From: Chara braunii
Taxonomy: Eukaryota; Plantae; Charophyceae
Assembly: GCA_003427395.1 (NCBI GenBank)
Contig: BFEA01000008.1
Span: 7,557,360-7,621,359 of the forward strand
Reading direction: 5' to 3'
DNA: 64,000 nucleotides
In this document: in pieces, positions 1-13,675 of the stretch
Position numbering within the stretch: position 1 is the stretch's first letter
Layout of the letters: each line of letters opens with the position of its first letter
Made by a program: the position numbers and the translations under genes
Notes under the pieces: model-generated
Databases searched by the model: none
What the model saw: only the letters and a program-made list of their open reading frames with translations
What the model was told of the DNA's origin: nothing

Positions 1-120
<120 letters not shown>

Positions 121-3100
121 CATACACACCCACACACACGGACGCACACACAATGTCTTCAAGTTCTTGGTTTTGTTGATTATACACGGCCTAATTTTTT
201 GCCCTCCTTTAGAGCATGAGTTGTTTGGATGATTATGGGTGGTAATGAGTTCTTTTTCGGGGGGAATATATGTTTTGTGGGCGAGTGTGGAAGGCTTTCC
301 CAGTTTTTTTGTACTCTTAGCAGGGGGTCAGTGGGTTCTTGCTGGAGGAGTCTTCTGTCTTAGGTAAGTTGTCGCTTATCTTCTTCCTCCTCTTTGGCAG
401 TGATGCGAGTATGCAGTTTGAGATGTCGGAAATGCCAATGTTGTTATATTTGTTTGTTTTTTATAAATGATTTTTTGGTTTTATGGGCCGATGTGGAAAA
501 CCCTCTAAGTTTTTTTGGGGCTTTGAGGGGATCAGGTTGGTGGCTTTCTGCTGGAGTAGTCTTCTCTCCTAGGTAAGTTGTATTTTGCCATCCATCCCCT
601 TATGGTTTGAAACACATGCATAGTATTGTATACATATGTATATGTGCAAGTGTGTTGTTTTGACGACAGATGGGTGTGTGGGTACTTTGTGCTGAACCAC
701 TCAAACGCGGTCAACCTTGCATTTTTTATTATATTGTCTATCTATACTTTGTCGTTATGGATGGATTGTGATGATTTGTGAAGGAAATGAGAGAGAGAAT
801 CTGGGTTTTTTTAAAACAACACACACACACACACACATATACTCATAAACATACAAAAAAAAAAAAACACAAACTCTAATACGCACGGCAAATACCCCAT
901 CTACTCGAGGTTTTTTTTTCTGTCTGTTTAATTTTATTTTTAGTTTGTACATTTTTTTGAGTTGATGCATTTCGATTGTGAGTCGGCTTGAAGTATGTTC
1001 GAATGTGTTACGTAGGTTTTGGAGAATTTTTTAGTCTATTATGCATTTGTGTGAGTTTGTTTTTATTATGCTTTAGTGTACATATTCATTTGAATCTGTT
1101 TAATTATGTGATTGTGAGTTTGTTTTACTCTGTTTTCGGTACTCGACTATATTTCAATCTGTGGATTTTTGTTGTGATTCATCTTGAAGTTTGTTTGAGT
1201 CTATTATGGGACTGTTAAACTCAGTTTGGGCTTCTTTTTAGGTTGTGTGAGTTTTTTTTAGACTATTTTAGTTCTGTGTTTATGTAAAGGTCAATTTTAG
1301 TATGTCTTTATTTTTGTTTTTTTTGTCCACTGGACCACGGATCAGTTACCAAGCTGATCATTACGGATACTACACTTTATCATATAAAAACCTCGAGAAA
1401 GCTACTATAAGGGAGCTGTCTCATTTTATGTTCACGTGTTTTGAACGTGTTCGAGTCCGTTTTAACTGTATTTTTGTTTTCTTCCGACTTCGGTTGACTG
1501 TGTTTCATTTTCAATCTGTTTTGCGGTTGCTTAAGTCTATTTCGAGTTTGTTGGTTTGTTTGAGCAAGTGCAGTTTTCTTATGAGTCCATCGGAAGTCTA
1601 TTTGTGTTTGTAACAAGACTGTTTGAGTCAGTTTGAGCATGATCTGAGTTTCTTATAATTTGTTGTCGTCTATCATAGGTCTATTTTAGCCTTTGCGAGT
1701 TTTTCATATGATGTCTTATGTCTTTTTTTATGCGGCCATTGCCCACACCGCTCGCACTGAGAGCGCTACACTAGTATATATATATACATATATATATATA
1801 TATAATCATACTCACACTAGCATAATGGATCTTACCATAATTACACCTCTACTTGATGTATCAGACTGCAATCATGTCCCGAAATAAGTAAAAATAGTCT
1901 TGGTATGAATTATTCCCCTACACTCGAATAAATTGGTGGTTTGAAATAAACAAAATTTTATTTTTTTGGGGGGGGGCAAACGACGAGGGGGAGGACGAGG
2001 GGGAGGAGGAGGAGGAGGAAGAAGAAAGTAGGAGGAGAAGGAGGAGGAAGAAAGGAGGAGAAGGATAAAAAGAAGAAATAAGGGAGGAGGAGGAGGATAA
2101 GTAGAAGGGAAAAAGGAGGAGGAAGAGGAGTGGGGGGAGTTGGAAGGGGAGGGGGAGGGCACATACACTTTGCGATACAGGGTCACTTTAGAGGTAGGGT
2201 GATAGTGTGAGTGATGATGACGATGAGGAAGGAGGAGGAGGACGAAGAAAGAAGGAGGAGGAGGAGGAGGAGGAGGAGGAGGAGGAGAAGGAGGAGGAGG
2301 GAGAAGATATTAGGATGAGGAGGAAGATGGGGAGGAGGAGAAGAAGAAGTAGAAAGAAAGGAGGAGAGGAGAAGGATGAAGTGGAAGAAAGTGGATGAAC
2401 TATTTTTTCATCTTCTTTCTTTTTCCTCCTCCCCCTCCTCCTTTCTTATTTTCTTCCTTCTTTCACCAGTACGCTTTCTTTTTCGTTTGCAACTTCTCCT
2501 TTCCGCTTATCATATCTTGGTTTTGGCCATGGCAACTTTTGTTGAGTCCAAGAAGAGGGAGGTTGGATGACCACTTTCAAGGGAGGGTGATAGGGTGAGT
2601 GATGATGAAGAGGAGGCATATGAAGGAGGATGAGGACGAGGAGGAGGAAAGGAGGAGGAGGAAGAAATATGATAAACCATTTTTTCAAATTCCTTCTTCT
2701 CCTCTTCCTTCTCCTCTTCTCCTTTCTTTCTTCTTCATTTTCTCCTCCTCCTCCTTTCTTTATCTTTTCTTTTTTTTTTCCCTTCCCAACTTCAAGTTTA
2801 TGCTTGTCGTATTTTGGTTCGTATTGGCTTTTACGGCTTTGGTGACTTTGTCATTTTCTAGCCCTTCGATTTGTCATTTTCTACCCTTTCGATTAGAGAT
2901 TCATGCGCAGTTCATAGTACAATTGTTTGTAGACCTCTCGCCAACCAGACGTCATTTGTTTTTTTTTAGCCCTTCGATAACAGATCCATGCGTAGTTCAT
3001 AATAGAGTTTCTTGTACAGCTTTAGGTGCGGTTCATAACATTGTTCGAATTGCAGCTCCGTGTGCAAATCATAGTACGGTTCACTGTACAGCTCCACATC

Positions 3101-6100
3101 CACTTTCATGTGCACTTCCAAGTGTTGCTACATGTGCAAGGTATTGTTCCAGACATAGTTATATTTGCAGTTATAAGTGTGGACCCAAACACAGTTCCAA
3201 GTGCACTTCTAGGGGCATTTTCAAATACAGTTCGAGGTGCAGGTCCTAGGGCGTTTGTAGGTGCAGTTGTAGGTGCAGGTGCACTAATAGGTGCAATTCA
3301 AAATGCAAGTGTCGTTGTCGGCGCAGTGGAAGGTGTAGTTTAAGGTATATTTCTGGAAAAAGGGTTTTGTTCTGAGTATCTCGTACAATGATGGAACGGT
3401 TGATGTTATGGCTCCCTCCAGTCCCTTTAGTAAGTCAAGCATCTCTAAATTTGTGTGTCCTCATACGTATTCATATATTGGGTTTTCTTTGTGCAGTCCC
3501 AGATGAGCAGATCCAAAATTGAAACTATTTTCCCTGATAGCAGTTCGTCATGTTGGGTACAGTGTGTGAGGTGTTGTCTATGGTGCAATGGTGGGTTCAG
3601 TAAATGAGGTATTGTTTGCCATGGTGGTACAGTAAGTAAGGCATTGTCTCAACAAAGGTATTATTTGTCAAGTGGTATCAGCAGTTTGCCATGGTGGGTA
3701 CAGTAGTAAGGTATTCAAGTTATCTATGTTGCAGGTATCTTAAGTGATGTCAGTTTCAACCATGTGTTACGATCCTAACTAGTTTGTTAGTACAAACTCG
3801 CATGGAAAGACAATATCACCCAATTGCAAACAAATGAAAGCATTTGCGAAAAGAAAAACACAAGAGAAAGAAAAAAGAAGAAGAAAAAAAAAAAAAAAGA
3901 AGAAAAAGAAAGAAGAAGATGTACTCTGACAAGACCAATGACAAATCTCTCTTCTCTCTCAATCTTCTTTTTATTCTTCTTTTTTTTCATATTCTTCTAC
4001 TAATTTTTGCTCGTCTCTGTTAAAGACACCCAGGGTGGACTGTGATGGATGCACGAGTTTGACATACCCATTGATAACTCTTTGTCGTCAGTAGGCTAAT
4101 TGCTTGGGGGATTGCGCATTTTTTGTTCACATGACTGTCTATGCTCGTGTTGTATTTTATTTTATGATTTGTAGATGCAGAATCCACAACGTACAAAACA
4201 CTTAACCGAAAAATTACCTTTGCGTCATCCTTGTCCATAGACAATTGTGGTTTCATGTATATTTGCTACTTTGTTTATTGATCGGAACTTCATCCCCGAT
4301 TTGCTCACTCATGACTCGTAGGTTTATCCTTGATTTGTGACACATGCTCGAAGGTTTTTGCCCCGCGGGTTTTTCATATTATTGGTTACTGATTGGTCAT
4401 ATCAACAAAAAAATTCCCACGAGAAATGAAAGTTGAAAAAACATTCGATAAAAAAAAAATCCTTCATATTCATAAATTATTATTCTAATATTCGTGTAAT
4501 TCTAAAATTTTTATTTTTATTTGATAATTTTTCGTCTAAATATGACTTTTACCTTCCAACTATATCTATTTGTTCAAGATGGAATGAAAGTCTGAAAGAG
4601 TTTATGAAATATTTTAATGAAAATTTAGATCGGATTAACCTATTTATGACTGAAAATCCTTACATAGAATGACAGTCAAATTAAAACATTTCATGAACTT
4701 ATCCAAACTTTCATTCCATCTCTAGCATGCAGTTCAAATAAGAAGGCATACCCCATTCTTGAAATGAAAGTTTTTAAGTAAGATGAAAAATTTTAAAATT
4801 GAAATGACATTTTTTAAAATAGAATGAAAATTTAAAATTTAAAGTGTAATTTTACTATAGAATGATTAATTATGAAAAAATTTGTTGTTGATGTCTTGCA
4901 TTGTTTCCTGGAGCATGCAGATCCGATGTATGGTGGATTGGATTGGTAAATGTCCACACTAGGAGGAACAGTTTTTGCTCATTTTAATTTTGAATTATTT
5001 TGTTTGTTTGCTTAACAATGTCTTCTTACTTACTGTGATCATGTCGTTTTCATATTTTAGCTGATTTTTCCCTAACGTATTTTGTTCTTATTCTCAATTT
5101 CAAGATGATCTTCTTTTTAGAAATCGTGTGATTACGATGCAGTACAGTTGAGTCTTCGATGATATTTAAGTTTTTTAGGTTTTTAGTAAGACGAAACGAT
5201 TATCTGCAATGATTCAAGCTTGCTGATGGCGACAAATAGATGTATAATATGTGAGTGCGGTCATGCATTTGCAACTACGCAAGTCATTAACTCACATCAA
5301 TCACGAACATTCCCTGCATTTATTATTCACTTGGCGTCATCATCTGATGGTGAGGAGAACATGGTACCGTCAAGAGAAGAAAGATATGATGAACAAATTC
5401 CAATAAACAATGATTATACCATGTATGTGTGCGCAAGAAGTGAAACGTACAATGAAGATGCTGGTAATGATGGATTCAACAACAAATTTATAGGTGATAA
5501 TAAGGATGTTTACATTTTAACTCCGCATCAAGAATAGCGACGATGATGTAAGCGATCAAAGGAAGATTAGGGTTATCTCTCTTATACATGGATGTAATAT
5601 TTACAATTATCCGCAATCTGTAGTTCAATTATTGGTCGATACCTTTTCGCATCGAACGTGAGTGTCTTGTTTCGATGCGTCGACAAGTAGGGATAAACAC
5701 GTGGTAAAAAAAAAATGAGGAAGAATGATTGGCTGCAAGGCGCGCGCAAAGTTGTGGTTCCGTATTTGGAAAGCAACATTATATTCGTTACAAAAATGCA
5801 GGACACCCTGAGTTCAAACCTCCAATAAAGTAACTTTGTTGTGAAGAGCAACATGTGTGAAGTTGTCATCGTGGTTATCGTTAATACAACAATAACGCTA
5901 ATATTAAAACATATATAAAATGTAACAAAAAAAATTGTACATGTTTTATCGAACTACGGCTACAAACGATAATTTTTCATGCGATGTTGTTGTATATGTT
6001 AGTCAAAACAACAATAGAATTGTTGGTCAATAAACTTGTTGGTTGACATGTATATGATGTATTGTGTTGAATTCATTATATAACGACTCCAAGTGATGCA

Positions 6101-6158
6101 CGAGTGTCGATCACTATAAACAAATGCATAAAATATAGTGACGAATATATATGTACGT

Positions 6159-6896
6159 CAGGGTTGTCAGTCCGAACGTACGGAGGCCCCTAAGCTGACC
6201 CCCGAACGTTCGGGCATTCGGCGGGTTCGGACCCCGCAAAAAAATATTTTGGTACCTAAATATTATTATTATTTTCTGATTTTGTTTTTGTGAGTTCTTT
6301 GTAACGTAAGTTACCTGCGTCTTACTTTTGAAGGCATTCTGTGAAGTTAAAAAATAATTAAAAATCGGCAAAGATGGTGGTATCAAAACTTGTTTGTTGA
6401 CTCATCATTTTTTTTTTTTTCTCTTTTCACTTTTTGTTTTTTCTTTATTTCAACGCGTGAACAATCTTTATTATTCTTTCAAACCTTATTTGTAGGTTCT
6501 CTATTATATAACATACATATATATAAATTTTCATGGCATTTAGAAAATCCAAAAAAAAAAGAAAAATCACCAAAGATGGCGGTGTCAAAAACGTGTTTGC
6601 CCACTCAATAATTTAATTCTCGTTTTATTTTTTCTTATGTTCATTAATTATTATTATTATTTTTATTTGGTTTTTATTTCAAATTTGGTAACAAATTTGG
6701 ATGTAACGTTGAGGCAGATATTGTTAAGTTTATTCTTCTAAATAACATATATTTTTTTTCGATGTTTTTGAAGGGTTTTTTTTTTTTTTTTTTTTTTTCA
6801 CGTTCAGTTGAACGGCCGAACACGTCGAGAGGGGGTCCCGAACGTTCGGGCATTCGGGTTCGGGTGTTCGGCCCGTTCCGAACGTCGGCAACCCTG
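6159..6896 (+). mobile_element. hAT-type MITE (~740 bp)
   Basis: Termini CAGGGTTG...CAACCCTG, subterminal CCGAAC/GTTCGG repeats, 8-bp TSD atgtacgt/atgtacgc. Confidence 0.88.
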
Positions 6897-7704
6897 ATGT
6901 ACGCAACTTTTATAGACAATTAGATTCAGTTGGATGTAGTAGCAAATGAGAAAAGAGGCAACGAACTAGTCACGACGTAGAAAAGTCGAAAGTCAACAGA
7001 GAAAGTAACGAAGGTTCAATCACGCAGTTCAGGTCATCGTCCCCTAGTAACAATCAGGGAGTCTCTCCACCTCTTTATCCCTAATCATTACCAGTCATCA
7101 CCATCAAGCCCTCTTCTATCTCCTTCGCCTCGATCATTCCGGAGTGAGCAAGGATACTGATCCGTCAGTCATGAAACTAAGAGGTTGACTACTCCGTTCG
7201 GTCCGTATTAATAGGCACGTAATCTGAAACAGGGAAAACCGAAACAGGTGTCGAAAGTAAGCGTCGGCCGAAACTTCGAGTCAAACGAACTACGGTACTC
7301 GGGCCCAACTAAAAGGGACCGATACCTGAGCCAATTGGTACCGAAAAAAACAAGCACAACACACAAAGGGTTCGAATCTAGCGAGGTAATCAGGAACAGT
7401 CACCACAGAGGCAAACATACTTTACCGGTTTGAGACGCGCATCGGAGCCCTACAGAATTCATGCAAAGTCCTACAAGTCACCCCATATGTCACCGATTCG
7501 AGTCCAACATCATGCAGGATGCCCCCTCCTACAGCACCTCTCGCAATCTCGAACAAGCAAATAAAGGAACCTACAACCTAAAAACTATAAAAACAACTCC
7601 AAAGCAACTACACCCAAACAAACCCTGTCGGATGATCCATCCCACGCAAACAACCTCTAAAAACTACCAAAATAAACCCTGCCAGATGATCCATCCCATA
7701 AGAG

Positions 7705-10626
7705 TTACAACAGTAACTCTTCGCACAATAGCTCAGTAGCCTGTTTCCACATAGCATCCTTACCTACGGCAAATCGCCTCAGCACACGCTCAAAGTTCTC
7801 GAACGGATAGCCTTTCAAACGCAGCTCCCTCTTCACAATAAGTACAAGCAAGGGGATCTCAGAGCGAATGGTGGTGTTCTGGTCAATCCTATGGAGGTAG
7901 CTGTTAATAGTCATGTTCTTTTGTTGCTTGCTAGCCCAAGAAGAAAAGGACTGACCATTCTTAAACACCAACGTTTCGTCATTCCAAACGTAATCCTCGT
8001 TTTTCACCAATTGGACCACCCCCACGAACGGATATGATTGTTTGGATCTCACTTCGCAACCCAAAAACTGCAGAATCCCATTGTCTGTGTCCGTACGTTT
8101 GAGTGACAGATTACTCGGATAGCAACTGTCGAATTGACGAAGAACCTCAACACGTTTCTTCGTACTCAGCGAGAAGGTCACCAAGATCACATCATCAATA
8201 AGTCTCACACCAAACACATTATTCTGAATCTTACCGAGGCTATTTAAGAACTTACACTCCTCGTAGGCGCACAGGATACATGCGAGGGGAGGGTTCGTGC
8301 TCTTACCCATAGGAATGTCAACCGCCTGTCTCAAAAGCACACCAATGGCATAGGTGTAGGTATGCCTAAGTTCAAAGCGAACATACTCAATGATATCGTC
8401 AAGTGAAATACAACGCAAGTGGTCAGCACCAGTTGTTCTCCCGAATGTTGCCCCTTTCCCTCTCAAATTCACACGAGCGAACGACTTACCCGTGGTCCTA
8501 CAGTGCTTCACAATTCAGTAAACCGCTTCGATAATATCTGGGTGAGAGAGTCGGCTAAACATGTCTTTAATATTATATGATGAGGACTCCACACTGTGTA
8601 CATGCACATGCTTGCCCATCTTACTGTTAATCCTTTGTATCCTGTCTCACAGATGTGACACGACCTGAAGATTGAAGTGACAATCAACAGAAGTTCAAAC
8701 AATAAATGGTTAAGTGTCTTTCCCACAGCTTTTCCAGTGCGTACTAGTGGTTCATTATAGGTTGGGCAGATCGGTCGGAATCGGCTAATATCCATATGTC
8801 TAGGTAAGACGTATGCTGACCTAAAACTTCCCTTCACTTCCCAACGCGCCACTTTCTTTAGCCCAGACTTACCCAAATCTTCACGCATCTCAACCATCAC
8901 TTCCTCAATGGGTGTTAGCACAACTCGGTAACCAGGGTTCGTCACAAACGTGTTCATCATAGCAGCAAAATACACAGTTGGGCAAACGACCAGGGTTTCA
9001 CCTGGGTTTCTGTCCAACGGTGTGAGTACCAAACCACTCAACTCAGTTTTGACCCTCATGACGTCATCAAGAGCTAACCTCGTGGAACTGGTTGCAGTCT
9101 CCGCGACACAAGTAAACAAGCGTTGGACATTAATACGAGGGCAGTCACCCTTCAAGTTATACCACTTAGCGAATCCTTCAGTAATTTCTCTTTGGATCAT
9201 CCTAACACGATCGAGAGGAGTTGAGCACGGGATGTCATTCACGTTGGCCAGCACACGATGGTGAGGCTCACCTTCACTCAATCGGAAGCATACGCGGCCT
9301 CCCTCACGTGGGTAGACCATCCCTGCACAAACACAGGTAAGCACCTCACGTGCTGCAAATGCACGTTGATTGTGAAGAATGTCACCGATCGACTGATTTT
9401 TAACCCACACGATCCTAACCTTCTTCCTCGCACGCTTACGAAAACAGCTAGGTATGTCGCATGCCATGATCACATCGTTAATGAATTTCCTAAGCTCCGC
9501 CACACGAATTCGCTCATTAAACTTGACACGGATGACCACGTCAGCCGACATACTAATCCCAAACTTGTCACGGATCACACGAGATATAGTCGTTGTAGAT
9601 ATTTATGGGTAGACTTCTTCGTGAAATCTATAATGGCACTATACAGACGCGTCAACGACTTAAGCCCCCGTTGATAAAAATTTGAAAGTCTCTTTGGATT
9701 CTGCAAGATCCCAACAAGCAATTGTTTCAAAAACACACCCTTCAATCTCCAACCCCGAAGGTATTCAATCACAATAGTACCACCACACTCAAAGATTTGT
9801 TTATATGATTTAAGTAGCACCAGCCCATCGGGATCCGAACGGTGGATTCCCCAAATCTTCTCTTCACCCTTCTCCAACCACTAACCCATGTATTACCACC
9901 ACTTAATATTGTCGACAAACACTTGCATCCACTATTCAGCTTATCAAGCAGGAGGGTCAGCAGGTCAACATGCCACGTAAGTTCGCAAGAGACTCGGACC
10001 CGACTCGGACAAATAGATTTACATACCGACACAACAGACTTCCCTTTCCTCTCAGTCTTACCCTTACAACTCTTCTTGCCACTCGAGTAACCTTTCCTAC
10101 ACCCAGTAGTGTTAAGGAATGGTGTCCACTGTCTGATGTACACGGTCTCGAGTTTAACCTCACCTAGGTGGTCAATAGGAAGAAGTATGTAGTTACCTGC
10201 ACTAAGGGTGCACAACCACCGGTGAAAGTAAGTCTGCTTACGAGTGGTCAACAGAAGAAGTACGTAGTTACCTGCACCGAAGGTGCACAACCATCGGTGA
10301 AAGTAAGGCTGCTTACGAGTCCGACACTCGGATAAATGCTCACGCCATCGGGTATCAACATCTCATGTGGTCTTCCTAATATACTGGAGTTTACAGAACG
10401 AGGATATCACCACGTATACCACATGCGTCAGATTGATGAACCATACACAATGTATATCATACAGCCTTCGCTGGGAATCTAAGAGCTTCGTCGCTCATCG
10501 GAACGACAAAATCAAGAGGCAGAATCTAAGCACTTCATCCACATCACGGTCAACGCTTCGAAGCTTACCACGAAAACTTGCTACCATAGGCATGATCCGC
10601 CATATCTCGTCAGATCTGTAACCACA
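7705..10626 (-). pseudogene. PLE pol-like ORF: GIY-YIG endonuclease followed by reverse transcriptase, with stops and frameshifts
   Basis: VVYVVISSFCKLQYIRKT*..RWREH (~10420-10340) and LETVYIRQWTPFLN (GIY-YIG core); PLDRNPG (DKG-like), RFRPICPTY, RQAVDIPMGKSTNPPLA, RLIDDVIL, LQFLG (PLE RT motifs), spread over ORFs 9769-10290, 9575-9877, 8508-9578 and 7705-8511. Confidence 0.88.
10179..10320 (-). repeat. ~75-bp in-frame tandem duplication inside the GIY-YIG domain
   Basis: gaagaagta.gtagttacctgcac..a.ggtgcacaacca.cggtgaaagtaag.ctgcttacgagt occurs twice; the peptide CT(F/L)(G/S)AGNY(V/I)LL is repeated. Confidence 0.85.
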
Positions 10627-11799
10627 TCACTCCTCCTCATCATATTCTTCATCATCGACAGTCGTCGCAACTTCTTCAGCAGGTTCAGATTCTCCGAAGA
10701 GATCGACGGGTTCTAATTCGCCAAAGGCAACTCGAGTCCTATGGCTAGCAATATCAGAGATAGCATTGATCTTCCTGTTGTACGCAACACCCTCCGTCTT
10801 GCAGATGGATTGCAGCTCCTGAGCATCAAGACAACGTAAGTCTTCCATAGCTTGGTTGCGGTACCGAAGCTTTGCCACAGTACTTGTCTTTTCTAGGCTC
10901 CGCTTCAGTTTAGCCACGTACGGGGACACCTTGGTCTTGACTTTCCCCTTACCCCGCGTCACACGAACAAAGGTCGCACCGGCCGTCGCCTTGGTCCGTC
11001 TCGGGGTTCGTTTGGTCGGAGTCAACATAGGAGGGCTGTCATCGAATACGGGCTCAGGTCCTCTCTTCCGTTTCTCGTTGATAGTCAGGCGCCCAGTACG
11101 GGTGCAGATCTCCTCTGTTCAAGTTGCGCTATCACTGTCTTCATGCTCGGAGCTATGTATAACAGTACACTCTACATGCTTTTTCGCCTTCCTCTGCACA
11201 AGTTTCGGCGCCAGGCCAAGATTGGCTTCCATACAGTCAAAAAAGTCGTTAGTCTTCATCTTGAGTTGTAACTCCATCCTCTTGTTCATCTTAGCGTCGC
11301 GCTCCACTTCCTTCTGCAACTTAGCCACTCACTTACACTCCTTCGTCTCACGTGCCCGATTCTCAGTTGCTTTTCTCTCTTCCTCTTCCTCAGCTTCTCG
11401 CTTCAGCCTCTCCTCTTCCGCCTTCCTCACCTTCTCACACTAGACAAACTCTTAAGCCGATGTCAGACTATTGTTGAGTTCCTCAATCTGCTTCTGAAGG
11501 AGGTCGGCCTCCGTTGTTGTTTGCACACATGTTTCGTTCTCAGTTCGTAGAGGGGAAGCGAACCTTCCCTTTTTCGTGTCATAGGATGAAGAAGGACGGT
11601 AGCTTGTCGCGCGTCAGCCATACCTGCACTGATTAGCATAATGGTCACGCTCGTTACAAGTGAAGCAGCGTGGTGGAGAGCGACGGTAATATCTCTCACC
11701 ACCTCCTCAATCATGCCCACCGTCCGACCTGCGATATCCAGTACGGTCTTCCCTGTTGGAGCGCCTCTCGCCTCGCTCATACTCTCTCTTGTCTCCCAT
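10627..11799 (-). pseudogene. Gag-like ORF1 of the PLE: CCHC zinc knuckle, coiled coil, basic region, SAP-like motif, acidic tail
   Basis: One frame from ATG at 11799 (MGDKREYERGERRSNREDR) through CFTCNERDHYANQC (~11667-11626), LLQKQIEELNNSL, EEERLKREAEEEERK and LRCLDAQELQSICKTEGVAYNRK to DEEYDEEE*; interrupted by several point stops, mostly consistent with C-to-T decay. Confidence 0.8.
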
Positions 11800-13297
11800 C
11801 GTGACCAACAACTGAAGTCCACAGTACGGTAACGAAATGATACTGAGATGGTAACCACGCTCACCAACCTCAGTAATTACTCTCTGAGATGGTTAACGTG
11901 TGCAATAAGTAGTAGCAAATAGGAAAAGAGTCAACGAGCAAGTCGCGACGTAGAAAAGTCGAAAGTGTTCATGCATTATTTCATTGTTAGATCATTTTTC
12001 ATATTTAAAATATATATGTTTTTTATTTTTTTGAACTCTATGGATTTTCGAATCCATAATTTTTTATTTTTTTTTTCCCTCACATATACACAAAGGTATT
12101 TTATAGTACATTAAATATTATAATGTATCTCATACCCAAAGACAATAAAAGCATGTCTACGTTTTCGAACATCATGTGTGCGTTTCCAAAATAGGTTATA
12201 AACTTTTCATATGCAATCGAAATTTGAAACATTCAGAAATATATATCTTATTTGCTAAAGAGTGATACGAATGAATTTGTAAATAATTTCTTACACAAAT
12301 TATATTTGTAAACTAAATATTTTTTTTCTTCGTTTGTGCCGCTTTTTTTCTCGCACAGGCACACAGATACACACATGTACATACAACCCCAGATTCAAAT
12401 ACAAAACATATAAGGTTGTCATAAAGTTGTGCATTTGCGTCATGCTTTTGTTTTTAGATAAAAATATCCCTTAGTATATGAGGCAGGAAGAAAACCCGAA
12501 ATGTAATAAGCAAGGTCACTACATGATTTATTATCCTGAGTCGAAACATTGGAAGGGTTGTGCAAAATAAAAATTGTAGTAAAATTCAGTCCAATACGAA
12601 ACAGATGAACCTGACACAAACACACGTTGAAGAAGTTATAAACACGAATCGCAATGTTGACGTTTTTCACTCCGCTACCTAAAAAATAAAAAAAAACATA
12701 AACAAGTGACAATAGAAACCTTGGAAGAAATAAAATATGTTATTAAAAAAAACGATGGCATACAGATGCATATGTGGTTTGTCCATTTGACAGACGAGTT
12801 CGAAATGACACGGGAGGAATGTGGTGGTATACGAAAATAAACAATATCACAGACCTCAAGAGAAAAATACAAATGGAGAGCTCAAATATTGAAACACAAT
12901 CCCATGATGATGTGAAGAGAGATGAAAAAAAAATGACGAGTGGAAATGTTCGACCAAAAAAACAGATACAATGACTCACTTTATGAAATGGGCGGTATTA
13001 CTCTTATCTGGTTTCAATTGAACAATTATTGGAGTGAATGTATTATTATCCAATAATTTTATATCGTTAGTTTGAGAACGAACGTCTCACTACATGGAAT
13101 TATGATCGATTTTTTATTACAATCAACTTTTAAGGATGTATCACAAGTAAGGATTACAAGTTTTGTTTTTGTGTGTACATGGTTTTGGTACAAATTGATA
13201 CAAGCAAAACAACCGGTGAACAAGACGAAGTCGAAATGTGAATAAAAACTTGAAATAGGAATAACAAAATATAAATTTTTCGTTCGCTTAAAAAAAA

Positions 13298-13675
13298 TTG
13301 GATAGCAGATTGGTGGTAGACCGGATGTGGCATGAGAAATACTGCACAATATTGATGACAATAAATATTGAAGATTTTATAAAAGGAGTTGCAAAGAAAG
13401 GTACATGTAAACCGATAATTATTCATATGAACTTGCGTTTAAATAAATATAATCAGTTTGAATGCACTACATACCTGAGTCTTTGATGAATTATTGCTTC
13501 AAAATTCATACGAAAGTGGTATCAAATCGACAAAATAGAGAGGATTGTAGACTATGTGTCAATAAATGCTTAAGAAAAACATAGGTAAAGTTGACTGTCA
13601 ATAGCAAGAAAACCAAGACGGTTGTGAAGTTCATGTACGCATGAGCGCAGAGAATCTCATCAAACACTTCGGTGG
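13298..13675 (+). pseudogene. Possible Ulp1-like (C48) protease remnant, transposon-associated
   Basis: KPIIIHMN (P.I..lDS-like) and VDCQ*QENQDGCEVHVRMSAE (PxQxNxxDCGxxV-like) in AT-rich decayed DNA. Confidence 0.3.

Larger units (their letters stand above)
6936..11966 (-). mobile_element. Decayed Penelope-like retroelement (PLE) with N-terminal GIY-YIG endonuclease + RT and an upstream gag-like ORF; ~58-bp terminal direct repeats
   Basis: Direct repeats gtagtagcaaat...gacgtagaaaagtcgaaagt at 6936-6993 and 11909-11966; GC content higher than the flanks; GIY-YIG and PLE-type RT motifs on the minus strand. Confidence 0.88.

Noticed and set aside
1980-3343. Acidic, proline-rich and GAV-rich ORFs
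   Set aside because: GGA/TCC and hexamer low-complexity repeats; no recognisable protein.
5220-5900. CxxCECGH and IGCKAR motifs suggestive of a MULE/FAR1 remnant
   Set aside because: Motifs are too short and lie in fragmented frames.
7222-7256. Hammerhead-like ctgaaacagggaaaaccgaaacaggtgtc in the PLE tail
   Set aside because: The core deviates from CUGANGA and no stem I pairing is possible.
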